From positions 1 to 55,062 of the IMG/VR virus record IMGVR_UViG_3300020045_015842: a stretch of DNA of 55,062 nt. The stretch is one strand, 5' to 3'. The notes beneath the pieces are model-generated. The model saw only the letters and a program-made list of their open reading frames with translations, had not been told where the DNA came from and ran no database searches. Made by a program: the position numbers and the translations under genes. This DNA comes from a virus. Taxonomy: Duplodnaviria; Caudoviricetes. This document shows positions 10,399-20,884 of this stretch, piece by piece (the first letter of the stretch is position 1; each line of letters starts with the position of its first letter).

Positions 10399-11562
10399 AT
10401 GCAAATACCAGAAGAATTAAATAAGCTTTCTGAAAAAGAGCTTAAAAAAATATTAAAGCCTAATATATTTGAAGCTAAATATATTATCAATAAAGAATAT
10501 AACAGAATATATGAAATTGAAGCTAAAATAGGAAAATATGTTTATCCTAAAGGAAGTAGAGACAGAATTTTTATTGGCAATTTACAAAGAAAAGATTATT
10601 ATGAGCCTCTTACATATGAATCATTACAAAGATTTAGAAAAGAAAATATTCTTACTAAAATTAATAATTGGATATATTCTCAATTTCAAAATTGGTGTAT
10701 AAGACAATTTAATGATGTATATGGAGAAGAATTTGTTAGTGTAGATGATAATTATGTCACTGTATGGTTTCCAGAAGTTACAATAAGTAATTCTATGGAA
10801 CAATCTCATATAATGAGAGACATATATCTAAAATTTTATATTGACAGTTCTCAAGTTAAATTAGAAGGACTTAAAAGAGGAACATTAACAGATGTTGAAA
10901 TAAGAAATTATTATACATTTTCTCATTGTAGTAATAATGAAAGAGTGTTTAGTTGGGCAGAATCATTTTGTTTTGGGTATACACAAATTGCAGATTTGAA
11001 AGATAATTTAAATACAAGATTAAAACTTGTTAAGAATTTAAGATTTTTCTTAGAAGCAATTAAAGAATATCTTTCTTGGGAATCTCTAGAAGGTGTTCCA
11101 TATAATAAAATTGACAATGTTATTTATGACAAAAATCTGTATACAGAATGTTCTACTAGTGGTTATGATTTAGAAGATTGTTTACTTACAGTGATGAATA
11201 ATATTGAAAATTTTACTTATAGTTTTAATTTTTATAACAGTGAATATTTTACATATTTATCAAATTCTTCTATAGAAGAAGTATCAAGTATTTTGGAAAA
11301 ATACTATCCAGAACAATTACTTCCTTGTTTAAATGGTGTTTCTGTTCAAAGAAATGTAATAGAAGAAGAGGAATATGATCATCCTCAATTTATTTGGTTT
11401 AAGAATGAATATAGACCATTTAAGCTTATTAAAACTAATTCTAGTGAAATAGACTTACCAAGAAAAATAAACACTAATTTGCTAAGTGAAGTAATAGAAC
11501 AAATACAATATAAATACAACGAATTTCTAAAACAAAAGAAAATAAATGACTACAAAGGTTAA
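10399..11562 (+). CDS. putative prokaryotic E2 (UBC-fold)-like protein
   Basis: YTFSH...SFCFG (Cys191) resembles the E2 H-P-N/H...C arrangement, followed by a helix LRFFLEAIKEYLSWES; gene context. Confidence 0.55.
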   Translation: MQIPEELNKLSEKELKKILKPNIFEAKYIINKEYNRIYEIEAKIGKYVYPKGSRDRIFIGNLQRKDYYEPLTYESLQRFRKENILTKINNWIYSQFQNWCIRQFNDVYGEEFVSVDDNYVTVWFPEVTISNSMEQSHIMRDIYLKFYIDSSQVKLEGLKRGTLTDVEIRNYYTFSHCSNNERVFSWAESFCFGYTQIADLKDNLNTRLKLVKNLRFFLEAIKEYLSWESLEGVPYNKIDNVIYDKNLYTECSTSGYDLEDCLLTVMNNIENFTYSFNFYNSEYFTYLSNSSIEEVSSILEKYYPEQLLPCLNGVSVQRNVIEEEEYDHPQFIWFKNEYRPFKLIKTNSSEIDLPRKINTNLLSEVIEQIQYKYNEFLKQKKINDYKG

Positions 11563-12646
11563 ATCACAAGAAATAGGAACAATTGGAAAACTAATTATTC
11601 CTAAAGAAATAGAAAATATGATTGATTTTCTTCATAAGTCTATTGGAGCAACAGAATGGAGTGGTATATTATTTTATAAAATGGTTGGTGGTGATATAAA
11701 TAAGCTTAATGCACTAGAATTCAAATGTGAATTTCTTTATCCCATGAATATTGGAACAAGTGCTTACACAGAATTTGATTATAATTCTGAAGTTATGAAT
11801 GCTTATGATCTTAAAGAAGAACTTATTGAGTGTTCAAGCGGTTTAATTCATTCTCATCACAAATTAGGATTTACAACATTCAGTGGTACAGACGTTTCCG
11901 AGCATATTGACAATGCCCAAAATTTTAATTATTATATTTCTTTAATAGTTGATTTTACAAAAGATTGGCATTGTAGAATTGCTTTTCCTTCTAAAACTAA
12001 AAATACATATGAACATCAAATTAAAAACTCTGAAGGGGAACTCGTAACAGCTATTCGTTCTATAGAAGAAGATAATATTATTATTGGCGAGCTTAATGTG
12101 GAATTTGAAAGTGTTGGTATTACACCAGAATGGTTAGATAAAAGAGTAAAAGAGCTTAAAGTTAAAAAAGCTACACCGAAAGTTTTTACACCTGTAACAC
12201 AAATTACTGGAAGAACATATCCTGCTATGACTAAAGTAATGGAACCTCTTAAAAGTTATAATGATTATGATGAATATAATGAAAATGATTTTGTAACTAG
12301 TTGGGTAAATAAGCAATCTATAAAATCTTCTAATGCTTTACCAACACCAAAAGAATTCTTAACAGCTTTAATCAGTTTAGATGAAACAGGAGCTAGTTTT
12401 GGGCTTGAAGGTGCTATTATGGGAATTGAATTATCATTTGATCAAGGAGAAGTAGATTTTGACACCTATGACACAGCTCTTTCTAATAATGTAGAAATTA
12501 TTCATGATGAAATTTATGGAAGCGATAGAATGTTTGCCACACATTGTAATATGGCACTCTCATTATTAGAAAATAATATACAAATGTTTTCAAATGAAAC
12601 AATTTATCAAATCATTAAAGAAAATTTAGAATTATATGCAAAATAA
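11546..12646 (+). CDS. JAB/MPN+ (JAMM) metallopeptidase
   Basis: Glu37 in EWSGILF and HSHHKLGFTTFSGTD matching E...HxH-x(7-8)-S-xx-D. Confidence 0.85.
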   Translation: MTTKVKSQEIGTIGKLIIPKEIENMIDFLHKSIGATEWSGILFYKMVGGDINKLNALEFKCEFLYPMNIGTSAYTEFDYNSEVMNAYDLKEELIECSSGLIHSHHKLGFTTFSGTDVSEHIDNAQNFNYYISLIVDFTKDWHCRIAFPSKTKNTYEHQIKNSEGELVTAIRSIEEDNIIIGELNVEFESVGITPEWLDKRVKELKVKKATPKVFTPVTQITGRTYPAMTKVMEPLKSYNDYDEYNENDFVTSWVNKQSIKSSNALPTPKEFLTALISLDETGASFGLEGAIMGIELSFDQGEVDFDTYDTALSNNVEIIHDEIYGSDRMFATHCNMALSLLENNIQMFSNETIYQIIKENLELYAK

Positions 12647-13307
12647 CGATTATAATAGTCGCTTTAAAGATGCTCCTTGGTATAATGAATGTACCAAGGA
12701 GAAAATCCTATTTGTAGGTATGGGGGGAATTGGTGGAAATGCAATGTATTGTCTTTCTAAAACTATTCCAGCTACATATTTTATAATGGATGCAGATATT
12801 GTAGAAGATATTAATATAGGCTGTCAATTTTTTAATAAGAATCAAATAGGAAAGAGAAAAGTAAATGCAATAGCAGAAACACTCAGTTCTTTTTCTACAG
12901 CACAAATAAATGTTATTCCTCAAAGATATTACAATGAATATACTCCTATTATGATTTCAGGTTTGGATAATATGGCTACAAGAAGAGAAATATTTGAAGA
13001 ATGGAAAAAACATGAGGATAGAGAATTGTTACTTGAAGGACGTTTGAGAGCGAATTTATATGAGGTTTATGTTGTTACAAAGGGAAGAGAAGAAGAATAT
13101 GAGAAAACTCTATTCAATGATTCTGAAACAGATGATGGCCCTTGTACATTTAAACAAACAGCATATTTTGGTATGCTAATAGGTGCAAGAATTACACATT
13201 GTTTAGTTAATTATTTAACTAATAAGTATTCTATAGAAGGAGATGTTTGTAGTCTTCCTTTTTTCATTAAAGAATTTGGTGAAGCTTTCTATATAGATGT
13301 ACAATGA
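12636..13307 (+). CDS. ThiF/MoeB/E1-like adenylating enzyme
   Basis: SRF Arg finger, GMGGIG, DADIVEDINIGCQ, GKRKV, GLDNMATR, candidate catalytic Cys in DDGPCTFK. Confidence 0.9.
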   Translation: MQNNDYNSRFKDAPWYNECTKEKILFVGMGGIGGNAMYCLSKTIPATYFIMDADIVEDINIGCQFFNKNQIGKRKVNAIAETLSSFSTAQINVIPQRYYNEYTPIMISGLDNMATRREIFEEWKKHEDRELLLEGRLRANLYEVYVVTKGREEEYEKTLFNDSETDDGPCTFKQTAYFGMLIGARITHCLVNYLTNKYSIEGDVCSLPFFIKEFGEAFYIDVQ

Positions 13308-13479
13308 CAAAAGAAGAAAAATTAAAAGAACAAATTATTATACTTAAAAATGAATTAAAAAAGTATGAGAAAGCTTATTATACATTAATCCCTTATTTTG
13401 ATTCTATTTCTGATGAGGAACAGGATATAGTTGCTAAAAAATTAACTAAAATTTTTAAAATTAAAACAACACCAAAAAA

Positions 13480-14076
13480 ATGAAACAATATATAAGAGCT
13501 GTAAATGGAAATATTCCTATTATATTACAAGGGAGAAACCTTGTAGAATATGAATTTAGGAATTGTGAATGGGTAAGTTTATCTTCTAAAGAATATCAAT
13601 TTAGATATACTTATATTACAGATAATGATCAATTTTATAAACACAGTGGTAATAAAAGACTTTATAAATATAAATTTGGAAGGGGACTTATTTATACACA
13701 ATATGATGATTTTCCTTGTGCTATAATTTGTGAGGATAAGAAAGTAGCTGTGTTAAAAAATTGGTCAAATAGTTATACAGTAGATTTTGGAAGATTTAAA
13801 AAAATGCTAAAAGAGAATGGTTATAATGTTAAAAAGAACATTACTTATTTAGATAATTTAGAAGGATTTTATTTTAATCCTCTTTCTCCTACTTTTTATG
13901 ATTATCAAGAAGAATATCAAAGAGAAGTTAGTAAAGAGTTTATTCTCTCTCAAAGACCTGTTGTTGTTTCTTCTGTAGAAGATAATATTGATAATGAGGC
14001 AAAAATTGAGATTGATGAAGTTCCTTTAACTAGAGAACAGGAGGAAGATTTATTTTTAGCATTTTTAGAACAATAA
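13480..14076 (+). CDS. hypothetical protein with acidic tail
   Basis: ORF track. Confidence 0.7.
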   Translation: MKQYIRAVNGNIPIILQGRNLVEYEFRNCEWVSLSSKEYQFRYTYITDNDQFYKHSGNKRLYKYKFGRGLIYTQYDDFPCAIICEDKKVAVLKNWSNSYTVDFGRFKKMLKENGYNVKKNITYLDNLEGFYFNPLSPTFYDYQEEYQREVSKEFILSQRPVVVSSVEDNIDNEAKIEIDEVPLTREQEEDLFLAFLEQ

Positions 14077-14305
14077 ATTATGGAAACACAATTAGTATTT
14101 AGCTCAGAATGGGTAAAAAACAAAAATGTTCTTATTTCTTCTATGGAATATGATTGTTTAGATGAAAAAAAAAGAATAGCACAAGAAGGTGCAATTATTC
14201 TTGCTATGAATATTAAACAAGCGAAAATTCGTGATTATGCCACACAACATGTTAAACCTGTTGTGAATAAGAGAATTAAGATTTAGATTTGTATTTCATA
14301 GGTTG

Positions 14306-14344
14306 TTCCCTGTTTCTATAGAAATATAGAAATGGGGAATTTTT
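14306..14344 (+). terminator. intrinsic terminator-like hairpin
   Basis: TTCCCTGTTTCTATA-GAAA-TATAGAAATGGGGAA followed by T-run. Confidence 0.65.
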
Positions 14345-14869
14345 AAATAATTTTTAATAATTCTGTATATGAATAAGATATTAAAATGGTTACATGTTCA
14401 TAATTTTAATAAACCTATTATTTCTATGTATACTTCTTTTAGTTATAGAGATATAATTTATGAATGCGGATGTGGAGAAAGGAAATGTTATCATGTTTAT
14501 AAAGATTTTGGAGATGCTTTTCCAATTAATACCACTAACCTTCTTACACAGAAGGAATTCAATAAGTATTTAAATAAAGAATTATGAACGGACTTTGTTT
14601 TAGATGTGAATATAGAGCAAGATTTTTAGAAACTAAAAGACAACCAAGATTTGAATGTGGAATGATAGAAAGTACTGTAATGGGCTGTTATATGTTTCAA
14701 CCTGTAAAACCAATTAGTATTAAACCTAGAAATGGCGATAATAGACCTGTTACATTGAATATTTTATCAGCTAGAGTAGAAAGAGTTGAAGAAGACATTG
14801 AGTTGAAATTAGAGGCTAAAAATGGCCTAAATGGAACATTAATTTATTGGCAACCTAAAGAAGAATAAT

Positions 14870-14986
14870 ATGAACGATTATTTTAGAGATTTTGTATGTC
14901 CTAATTGTGGAAGTACAAATTTTGATGGGTCAGATTGTGATGATTGTGGTTTTGATGTATATTGCTATGACCCCTATTGGGATTAA
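14870..14986 (+). CDS. 38-aa zinc-ribbon microprotein
   Basis: Hand translation MNDYFRDFVCPNCGSTNFDGSDCDDCGFDVYCYDPYWD, two CxxC. Confidence 0.6.
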   Translation: MNDYFRDFVCPNCGSTNFDGSDCDDCGFDVYCYDPYWD

Positions 14987-15003
14987 ATTTAAATAATTAA
15001 GAT

Positions 15004-17169
15004 ATGAAAGAAATACTTTTTATAGGTGATAAGGAATATAATGGAATAACTAATTCCACTATAGAAGAATGTTTTGAATATCTTAATTCTCAAATGGAGA
15101 TAGGGGTTGACATAGAAACCGGAAGGAAATATCCTTTGGGAATGTATCCTGATAATAAAAAAGATGATATATATAAAGCAGGACTTGATCCTTATCTGTC
15201 AAAAATAGTAATGTTACAATTAGGAACTTTAGAAAAAATATTTGTTATTGACACAAGAATTGTAGATATTTCTAAATTGATTCCTTTATTTGATAATGAA
15301 GAAAGAATATGGGTAGGACAAAATTTAAAGTTTGAAGCAAAGCATTTAAGACTAAATTATGCAATAAACTTTCATAAAATATGGGATGTAATGCTTGTAG
15401 AACAAAATTTAACCAATGGGTTAGAATTAGGCTATTCTCTTGCAAAAATATCAGAAAGATATTTGGGAATAAGAAATATTGAAGATATTGATTTATTTAA
15501 TCAGGATGACTTTGAAGATGAAAGTTTGGATAAGTCAATTAGACTTGGTTTTATAAACATTGGAAACAATCCTTTTTCTATAGAGCAAATTACATATGGT
15601 GCTGGAGATATTGAATACCCATTAAAAATCAAAAAAAGACAAGAAAAGGGTATAAATGGATATAATCCTACAGTTGTAAATGAGCTTGAAAATGATTTCT
15701 GTTTGGTATTAGCTGACATTGAATTAAATGGTATTTCTTTTAATAAAGAACAATGGTTAGAAGTTTATAAAAATAATATCCCTGTATATGAGAAAAGACT
15801 GGCTAAGTTGAATAAATGGATTGAAAAAAATCATCCATTATTTTCTAAACCAGCTACACTATTTGAACCAGCAGAAGGTTGTAGAATACTATGGTCTTCT
15901 CCAGATCAAGTTATTGAGTTTCTTAAATACTTGAAAATTTGCCCTAAAGAGAAGTCCAAACAAACTAAAAAAATGGAATGGACTGCAGGAGCAAAAGCTC
16001 TTACAAAACTTCTTGCAAGTGACTATAAAGAAAAATATCTAAGAGATGTAGAAACTGATATTGTTGAGATAAAAGATTTTATTCTAAACTATCTTTTACT
16101 AAATAAATCGGCACAAGCTATTACAACATTTGGAGAAGATTGGTTAAAATATATTCATCCTATTACAGGAAGAATACATACTTCTTTTAGACAAATTCTT
16201 AATACAGGTAGAATATCCTCATCAAATCCTAACATTCAGAATATACCCTCTGGAGAAGAGTATAGAAGGGCATTTATTCCATCTATAGGAAATAAGTTTA
16301 TTAATGCAGATTATGCATCGCAAGAAAGCCGTATATTGGCAGAAGTATCTGAGGATCAGGACATGTTGGCTTTTTTCAATGAGGGGCATCCAATTTTTAA
16401 AGATGATTTTCACTCTTTTGTAGGGACTAAAATGTTTAGAATTATTAGAAATGATCCTGAATTAATTGTACAAAAATCTACTCATCCCAAAGAAAGACAA
16501 GATGCCAAGTCCATAGGCTTCAAAATCAGTTATGGTGGTTCTGCATATACACTAAAAGATGACTTTGGTGTAATAGAAGAAGTGGCACAAGAATTTATTG
16601 ATGGATTCTTTGCAGCTTTTCCAACATTAAGACAGAATTTTGATGAGGCAATTGAAAGTGCTTTAAAACTTGGTTATATAGAGATTGATCCATTTACCAA
16701 AAGAAGATGGTTTGATAAAAATTTCAAAAGGATGAAAGATCTTAACACACAAGCTTGGGCTTGTTATCCTAAAAATTATTCTCAAATGACCACTGCAAAA
16801 AAAGCAGAAGTTAAACAAGAATTAAAAATTTCTCATCCTGAATTAAAAGATTTATGGTCTGAATATTTTTCTTTAAAAGGAAAACTAGAAAGAAATGCCT
16901 TAAATTATAGGATACAGGGTAGGGCAGGATCTCAAACTAAGAAAGCTGGAATTCTATTTAGAAAGCATCAGTTAAAAAATAATTTACAAGATAAAGTTTG
17001 GCTTGTATCACTTATTCATGATGAAAGTTTAGCGGAAACAATTTTAGAATTTTCTGAAAAAGCAAAGAGAATAATAGAAGTATGTATGATTAATGGGGCA
17101 CAAACTTATTGCAATAAAGTAAAAATGGATGCTATTGGGTTTATAGTTGATTACTGGCATCATAATTAA
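15004..17169 (+). CDS. polA: family A DNA polymerase with 3'-5' exonuclease
   Basis: Exo VDIET / GQNLKFE / YGAGD; TGRISSSNPNIQNIP; motif A DYASQESR, motif B RQDAKSIGFKISYG, motif C IHDE. Confidence 0.95.
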   Translation: MKEILFIGDKEYNGITNSTIEECFEYLNSQMEIGVDIETGRKYPLGMYPDNKKDDIYKAGLDPYLSKIVMLQLGTLEKIFVIDTRIVDISKLIPLFDNEERIWVGQNLKFEAKHLRLNYAINFHKIWDVMLVEQNLTNGLELGYSLAKISERYLGIRNIEDIDLFNQDDFEDESLDKSIRLGFINIGNNPFSIEQITYGAGDIEYPLKIKKRQEKGINGYNPTVVNELENDFCLVLADIELNGISFNKEQWLEVYKNNIPVYEKRLAKLNKWIEKNHPLFSKPATLFEPAEGCRILWSSPDQVIEFLKYLKICPKEKSKQTKKMEWTAGAKALTKLLASDYKEKYLRDVETDIVEIKDFILNYLLLNKSAQAITTFGEDWLKYIHPITGRIHTSFRQILNTGRISSSNPNIQNIPSGEEYRRAFIPSIGNKFINADYASQESRILAEVSEDQDMLAFFNEGHPIFKDDFHSFVGTKMFRIIRNDPELIVQKSTHPKERQDAKSIGFKISYGGSAYTLKDDFGVIEEVAQEFIDGFFAAFPTLRQNFDEAIESALKLGYIEIDPFTKRRWFDKNFKRMKDLNTQAWACYPKNYSQMTTAKKAEVKQELKISHPELKDLWSEYFSLKGKLERNALNYRIQGRAGSQTKKAGILFRKHQLKNNLQDKVWLVSLIHDESLAETILEFSEKAKRIIEVCMINGAQTYCNKVKMDAIGFIVDYWHHN

Positions 17170-17178
17170 AAATATAAT

Positions 17179-17314
17179 AATCTCTCCAATACCCATTAAG
17201 ATCGACTGTTAGATACACTGTATGTAGGTTAAGCCTCTTCGTAAGAACGTAACTCTACCCTGCAAAAAAAGGTTTATAGTAGCGTGTATAAACCAGAAAC
17301 CTTGAGGAGAGATT
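17179..17314 (+). ncRNA. candidate structured RNA element downstream of polA
   Basis: Closing stem AATCTCTCC/GGAGAGATT enclosing two hairpin arms. Confidence 0.35.
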
Positions 17315-18009
17315 TTTTAAAACTAAAAACTATGAGAAAAGAAAGAATAACAAGAACTAATATTGCTACCCATTTACTTAAATATCAATTGGCTATTGTT
17401 GATAAAAAATTAGCTGATTTATTAGAACTTGATAATTGGCAATTTCGTTGGACAATAACAAGAGAACAACATGAAGAATTTAAACAATATTCTTTATTTC
17501 TTATACAGAAGATATTTAAAATAAATAAGAATAAGGCTATAGAGACATTTGAGTTTTTTTACAAATTGTTTGGGCTTAGAATCAAGAATTAATACATCTA
17601 GATATGATTATATTGATATTTATTATTATTGGGGTATTGTTTACTTTAATGTTATTATATCACATTTTTGAGGAAATAACAGATTGTAGAAAATTAAATA
17701 ACAAATTTGCAATACATGATTGGGAATATAGAGATGATTTATATATTCCAGATCCAGAATCTTCTCATGGAAAATTCTTAATTGGTTTATTTGGACATAA
17801 TATTTCTAGCAAAAATAGAAGATGGGTTTGCTTAAAATGTGATAAAATTCAATATTTATAATTATAAAAGCATCTATTTATACAGGAGAACAATTTATTT
17901 TTGAAACAGAAATAATTGAAATAAAATTAGGAGATACAATTGGAGAATATGTTATTAAAGACATTGAAATTATTGGAAAATTAGAAGTTAAATTACAAGG
18001 AGAGAAAAT

Positions 18010-18546
18010 ATGAAAGATATGGAAAAAGTATATAGAAAAGTAGGACGTAAATATATATCTTGCGGATACAACAATATTCCAGATATTAGCGATGGGATAT
18101 GGCTTGTACAGAGTAAAGAAGGAAATAAAAGTTATTCTTCTGTATTTTGGAAAGTAGGAAATATTGAAAGACCTATTGATATTACAACACATGCTGCATT
18201 ACAATCTATAGAAGAAGATTTAAGTAAGTATTTAATCAATTTAGGTAAAGCAGATTCAAAAGAATTTATTGAAGCAAAAGAAATTGCTGGAAGATATTTA
18301 ACAGAACCTATTGGATATTATAATATTTCAGCTTCTCAATTATGTAGCTTATTTCTTAGGAGAATTGCTTTACATTTAGAAGATGGAGAAAGGATGAATT
18401 GGGACACATTACAACATAAATTTAGAGAAGAATGTATTGTTCCTTATTCTTCAAATTTTGATTTGCAAGTACATTTATTATATCAATTTACAGAATGGTT
18501 AAAAGAAAATAATATTAAATTTAGACAAGGTAAAAATATAGGATAA
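18010..18546 (+). CDS. hypothetical protein
   Basis: ORF track. Confidence 0.7.
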   Translation: MKDMEKVYRKVGRKYISCGYNNIPDISDGIWLVQSKEGNKSYSSVFWKVGNIERPIDITTHAALQSIEEDLSKYLINLGKADSKEFIEAKEIAGRYLTEPIGYYNISASQLCSLFLRRIALHLEDGERMNWDTLQHKFREECIVPYSSNFDLQVHLLYQFTEWLKENNIKFRQGKNIG

Positions 18547-18548
18547 TT

Positions 18549-19338
18549 ATGACACCAGAAAGAAAAAATGCAGAGGAATTTGTAGATAATTACAAATTTG
18601 ATTTTATATCATCAGATTATCAATATTCATATTCAGAAAGAGAAGTATATAAACTTGTTGAAGAATATGGAAAACAACAATGGAATGAAGCTATAAAATT
18701 AGCTGCTGAAAATTTGAACTTACTAATTGATGGAAAAAGTTTATGCTCCCCTAGATTCCTTATAGAGAAAGATGACACTTTTTATTCTGAAACAGAAATA
18801 GATGTTGACAAAGAATCAATTCTTAAATTATTAAAATGAAAACACCACAAGAATACATAAATAATAATCTTCATTTTTTAGAAGAAGGAGTTAATACTGT
18901 TGATTTATTAAATTTAATAGAGGAAGTACAAAAAGATTCTTGGAATGAAGCTATAATAGAGGCTGCTAATAGTGTTAGACTTAGTTTAAATGGGTCTAAC
19001 ACTCCTTATGGGGAGCATGATTGTAAACAAGGATGTTGGACAGTTAATAAAGGATTTATCTTAGAATTATTAAAACCATGAAAGAACCCATAGAATATCT
19101 AGGAAATGTAAATGCTTTTACTACTAGAGAAGAATTATATAATATTGGGAAACAAATGCAAATTGATGCATGGAATTTAGCTATTTTAGCTGCTATTGAA
19201 AATTCACAATTAGAATTACGAATTTATACAGATTTTACAGTTAAAAGAAAAAATTTAGGATTTGAAATTACTACAGAAAGAGAAAATGAATATTATGGAG
19301 TTTCTGAAAGTTCTATTTTAAAATTATTAAAATCATGA
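18549..19338 (+). repeat. three tandem paralogous small genes (fourth copy 21955..22170)
   Basis: Shared WN(E/L)AI..A...N and C-terminal IL(K/E)LLK in ORFs 18549, 18836, 19078. Confidence 0.75.
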
Positions 19339-20269
19339 CAATATGAAACTTATTGAATTTATCTTTCAAAGTTTTTGGACATTCATAGGAACAATTTTTA
19401 TCATAGCACTTATTTTTGAAGGAATTCAAAGAATTATTGAATCTATAAAAGAAAAATCATGACAATAATAAATGAAGATTGGGAGCATATTCTAAAATTA
19501 GAATCAATGTATTCTATAGAAGAACAAATGCAAAGAGAAGAAGATTGTAGAGAGTGGCTAGAACATGAAAATCAAAAACCGGCTTTAATAGAAATTAATT
19601 TTGAAACACATGAAAGCAAAGATAAAATCTGGAAAAGAACTCCTATTTTGTGAAGGAGTTTCTAATAATTGGAATAATTTAAAAGATAAAATGATTATAA
19701 ATTTTATGGATAAATATACTTATAAATCATTTTTTCAACAAAAGAATCATTTATACATCAATACTACTACTAAAACAATAGATATTATATTTTCTTCAGA
19801 GATACCAATATTAGAATTTGATCATTTTGAAAAAGATCAATTGGTTTTAAAAATAATTTAATACACTTCTTATATATGAATATACAAGAATTAGAGGATG
19901 AACATTATAGTTTAGAAAATTTAAGTAGAAGTAGCAATATTTGGAAATATGCAGAACATACAAAACTATCTATACAATTTGCTATAGAAATATTAGAAAA
20001 TCTACATAAAACTAATTGTAATGGAGTGGGTGTTATAATGTATTTTGAAATTAATGATAAAATCGAAGAACTTAAAAAATATTTATAATGAATATATTAG
20101 ATTTAGAAACTAATTTGGATGATGGTAATTATGGAGAAGAACTATTACTTCAATTACAAAAATTAAATGAAGAATTTAGTACTCATGCTATGAGTTACAC
20201 AAGGGCAACTTTTTTAGATGGTAAGAAAGAAATGTTAGAAGAAATAATTCAATATATTAAGAAAACATT

Positions 20270-20884
20270 ATGAAACTAAATATTACACCTCAACATTTTT
20301 TAGAAATAAGTAAGAAGGGATTTTCTTTGGATCAAATCTTTTTATTACGATGCATAAATGATAATATTGATTTATCCTCTATATATACAGAGAGTGTTAA
20401 AATTGATATTATGAGAACTACATTAGAAAGAAAAGGTTTATTAACAGAAGAAGGAAAAATAACAACTATTGGGCAAGAACTCCTGCTATTTATGGAAACT
20501 AAAATAGCAGGAAAAATTGTTAGGAAGGAAGTTGATGGAGATGTTTTTGAACAATTTTGGAATAAATATCCAGCTACAGATTCTTTTATTATTAATAATA
20601 GAAAGTTCAGTGGATGCAGAACCCTTCGACAAAATAAATCTGAATGTAGAATAAAATTTGATAAGTTAATATTAGATGGGGAATATAAAGCTGAAGACAT
20701 AATAAGAGCACTTGAGTATGATGTAAATAATAAACTTGAAATGTCTGCAAAAACAGGAACTAATAAGCTTACATATATGCAAAATTCAGCGACATATTTA
20801 AATCAATTGGGGTTTGAATCATATATAGAACTTAGTAAACAACCAATAGTACAAACAATAAATAGGGGGAGTACAGATGTATGA
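20270..20884 (+). CDS. putative replication initiator / replisome organiser-like protein
   Basis: wHTH-like N-terminus, FEQFWNKYP, TYLNQ; overlaps the helicase start. Confidence 0.55.
   Translation: MKLNITPQHFLEISKKGFSLDQIFLLRCINDNIDLSSIYTESVKIDIMRTTLERKGLLTEEGKITTIGQELLLFMETKIAGKIVRKEVDGDVFEQFWNKYPATDSFIINNRKFSGCRTLRQNKSECRIKFDKLILDGEYKAEDIIRALEYDVNNKLEMSAKTGTNKLTYMQNSATYLNQLGFESYIELSKQPIVQTINRGSTDV

Noticed and set aside
12636-13307. ThiF as a thiamine/molybdopterin or RiPP biosynthesis gene
   Set aside because: No ThiS/ThiG/MoaE or precursor-peptide partners; neighbours are JAB- and E2-like
17284-17331. GTG-start extension of ORF 17284..17592
   Set aside because: Lies within the structured element; ATG 17332 with an A-rich leader is the likelier start
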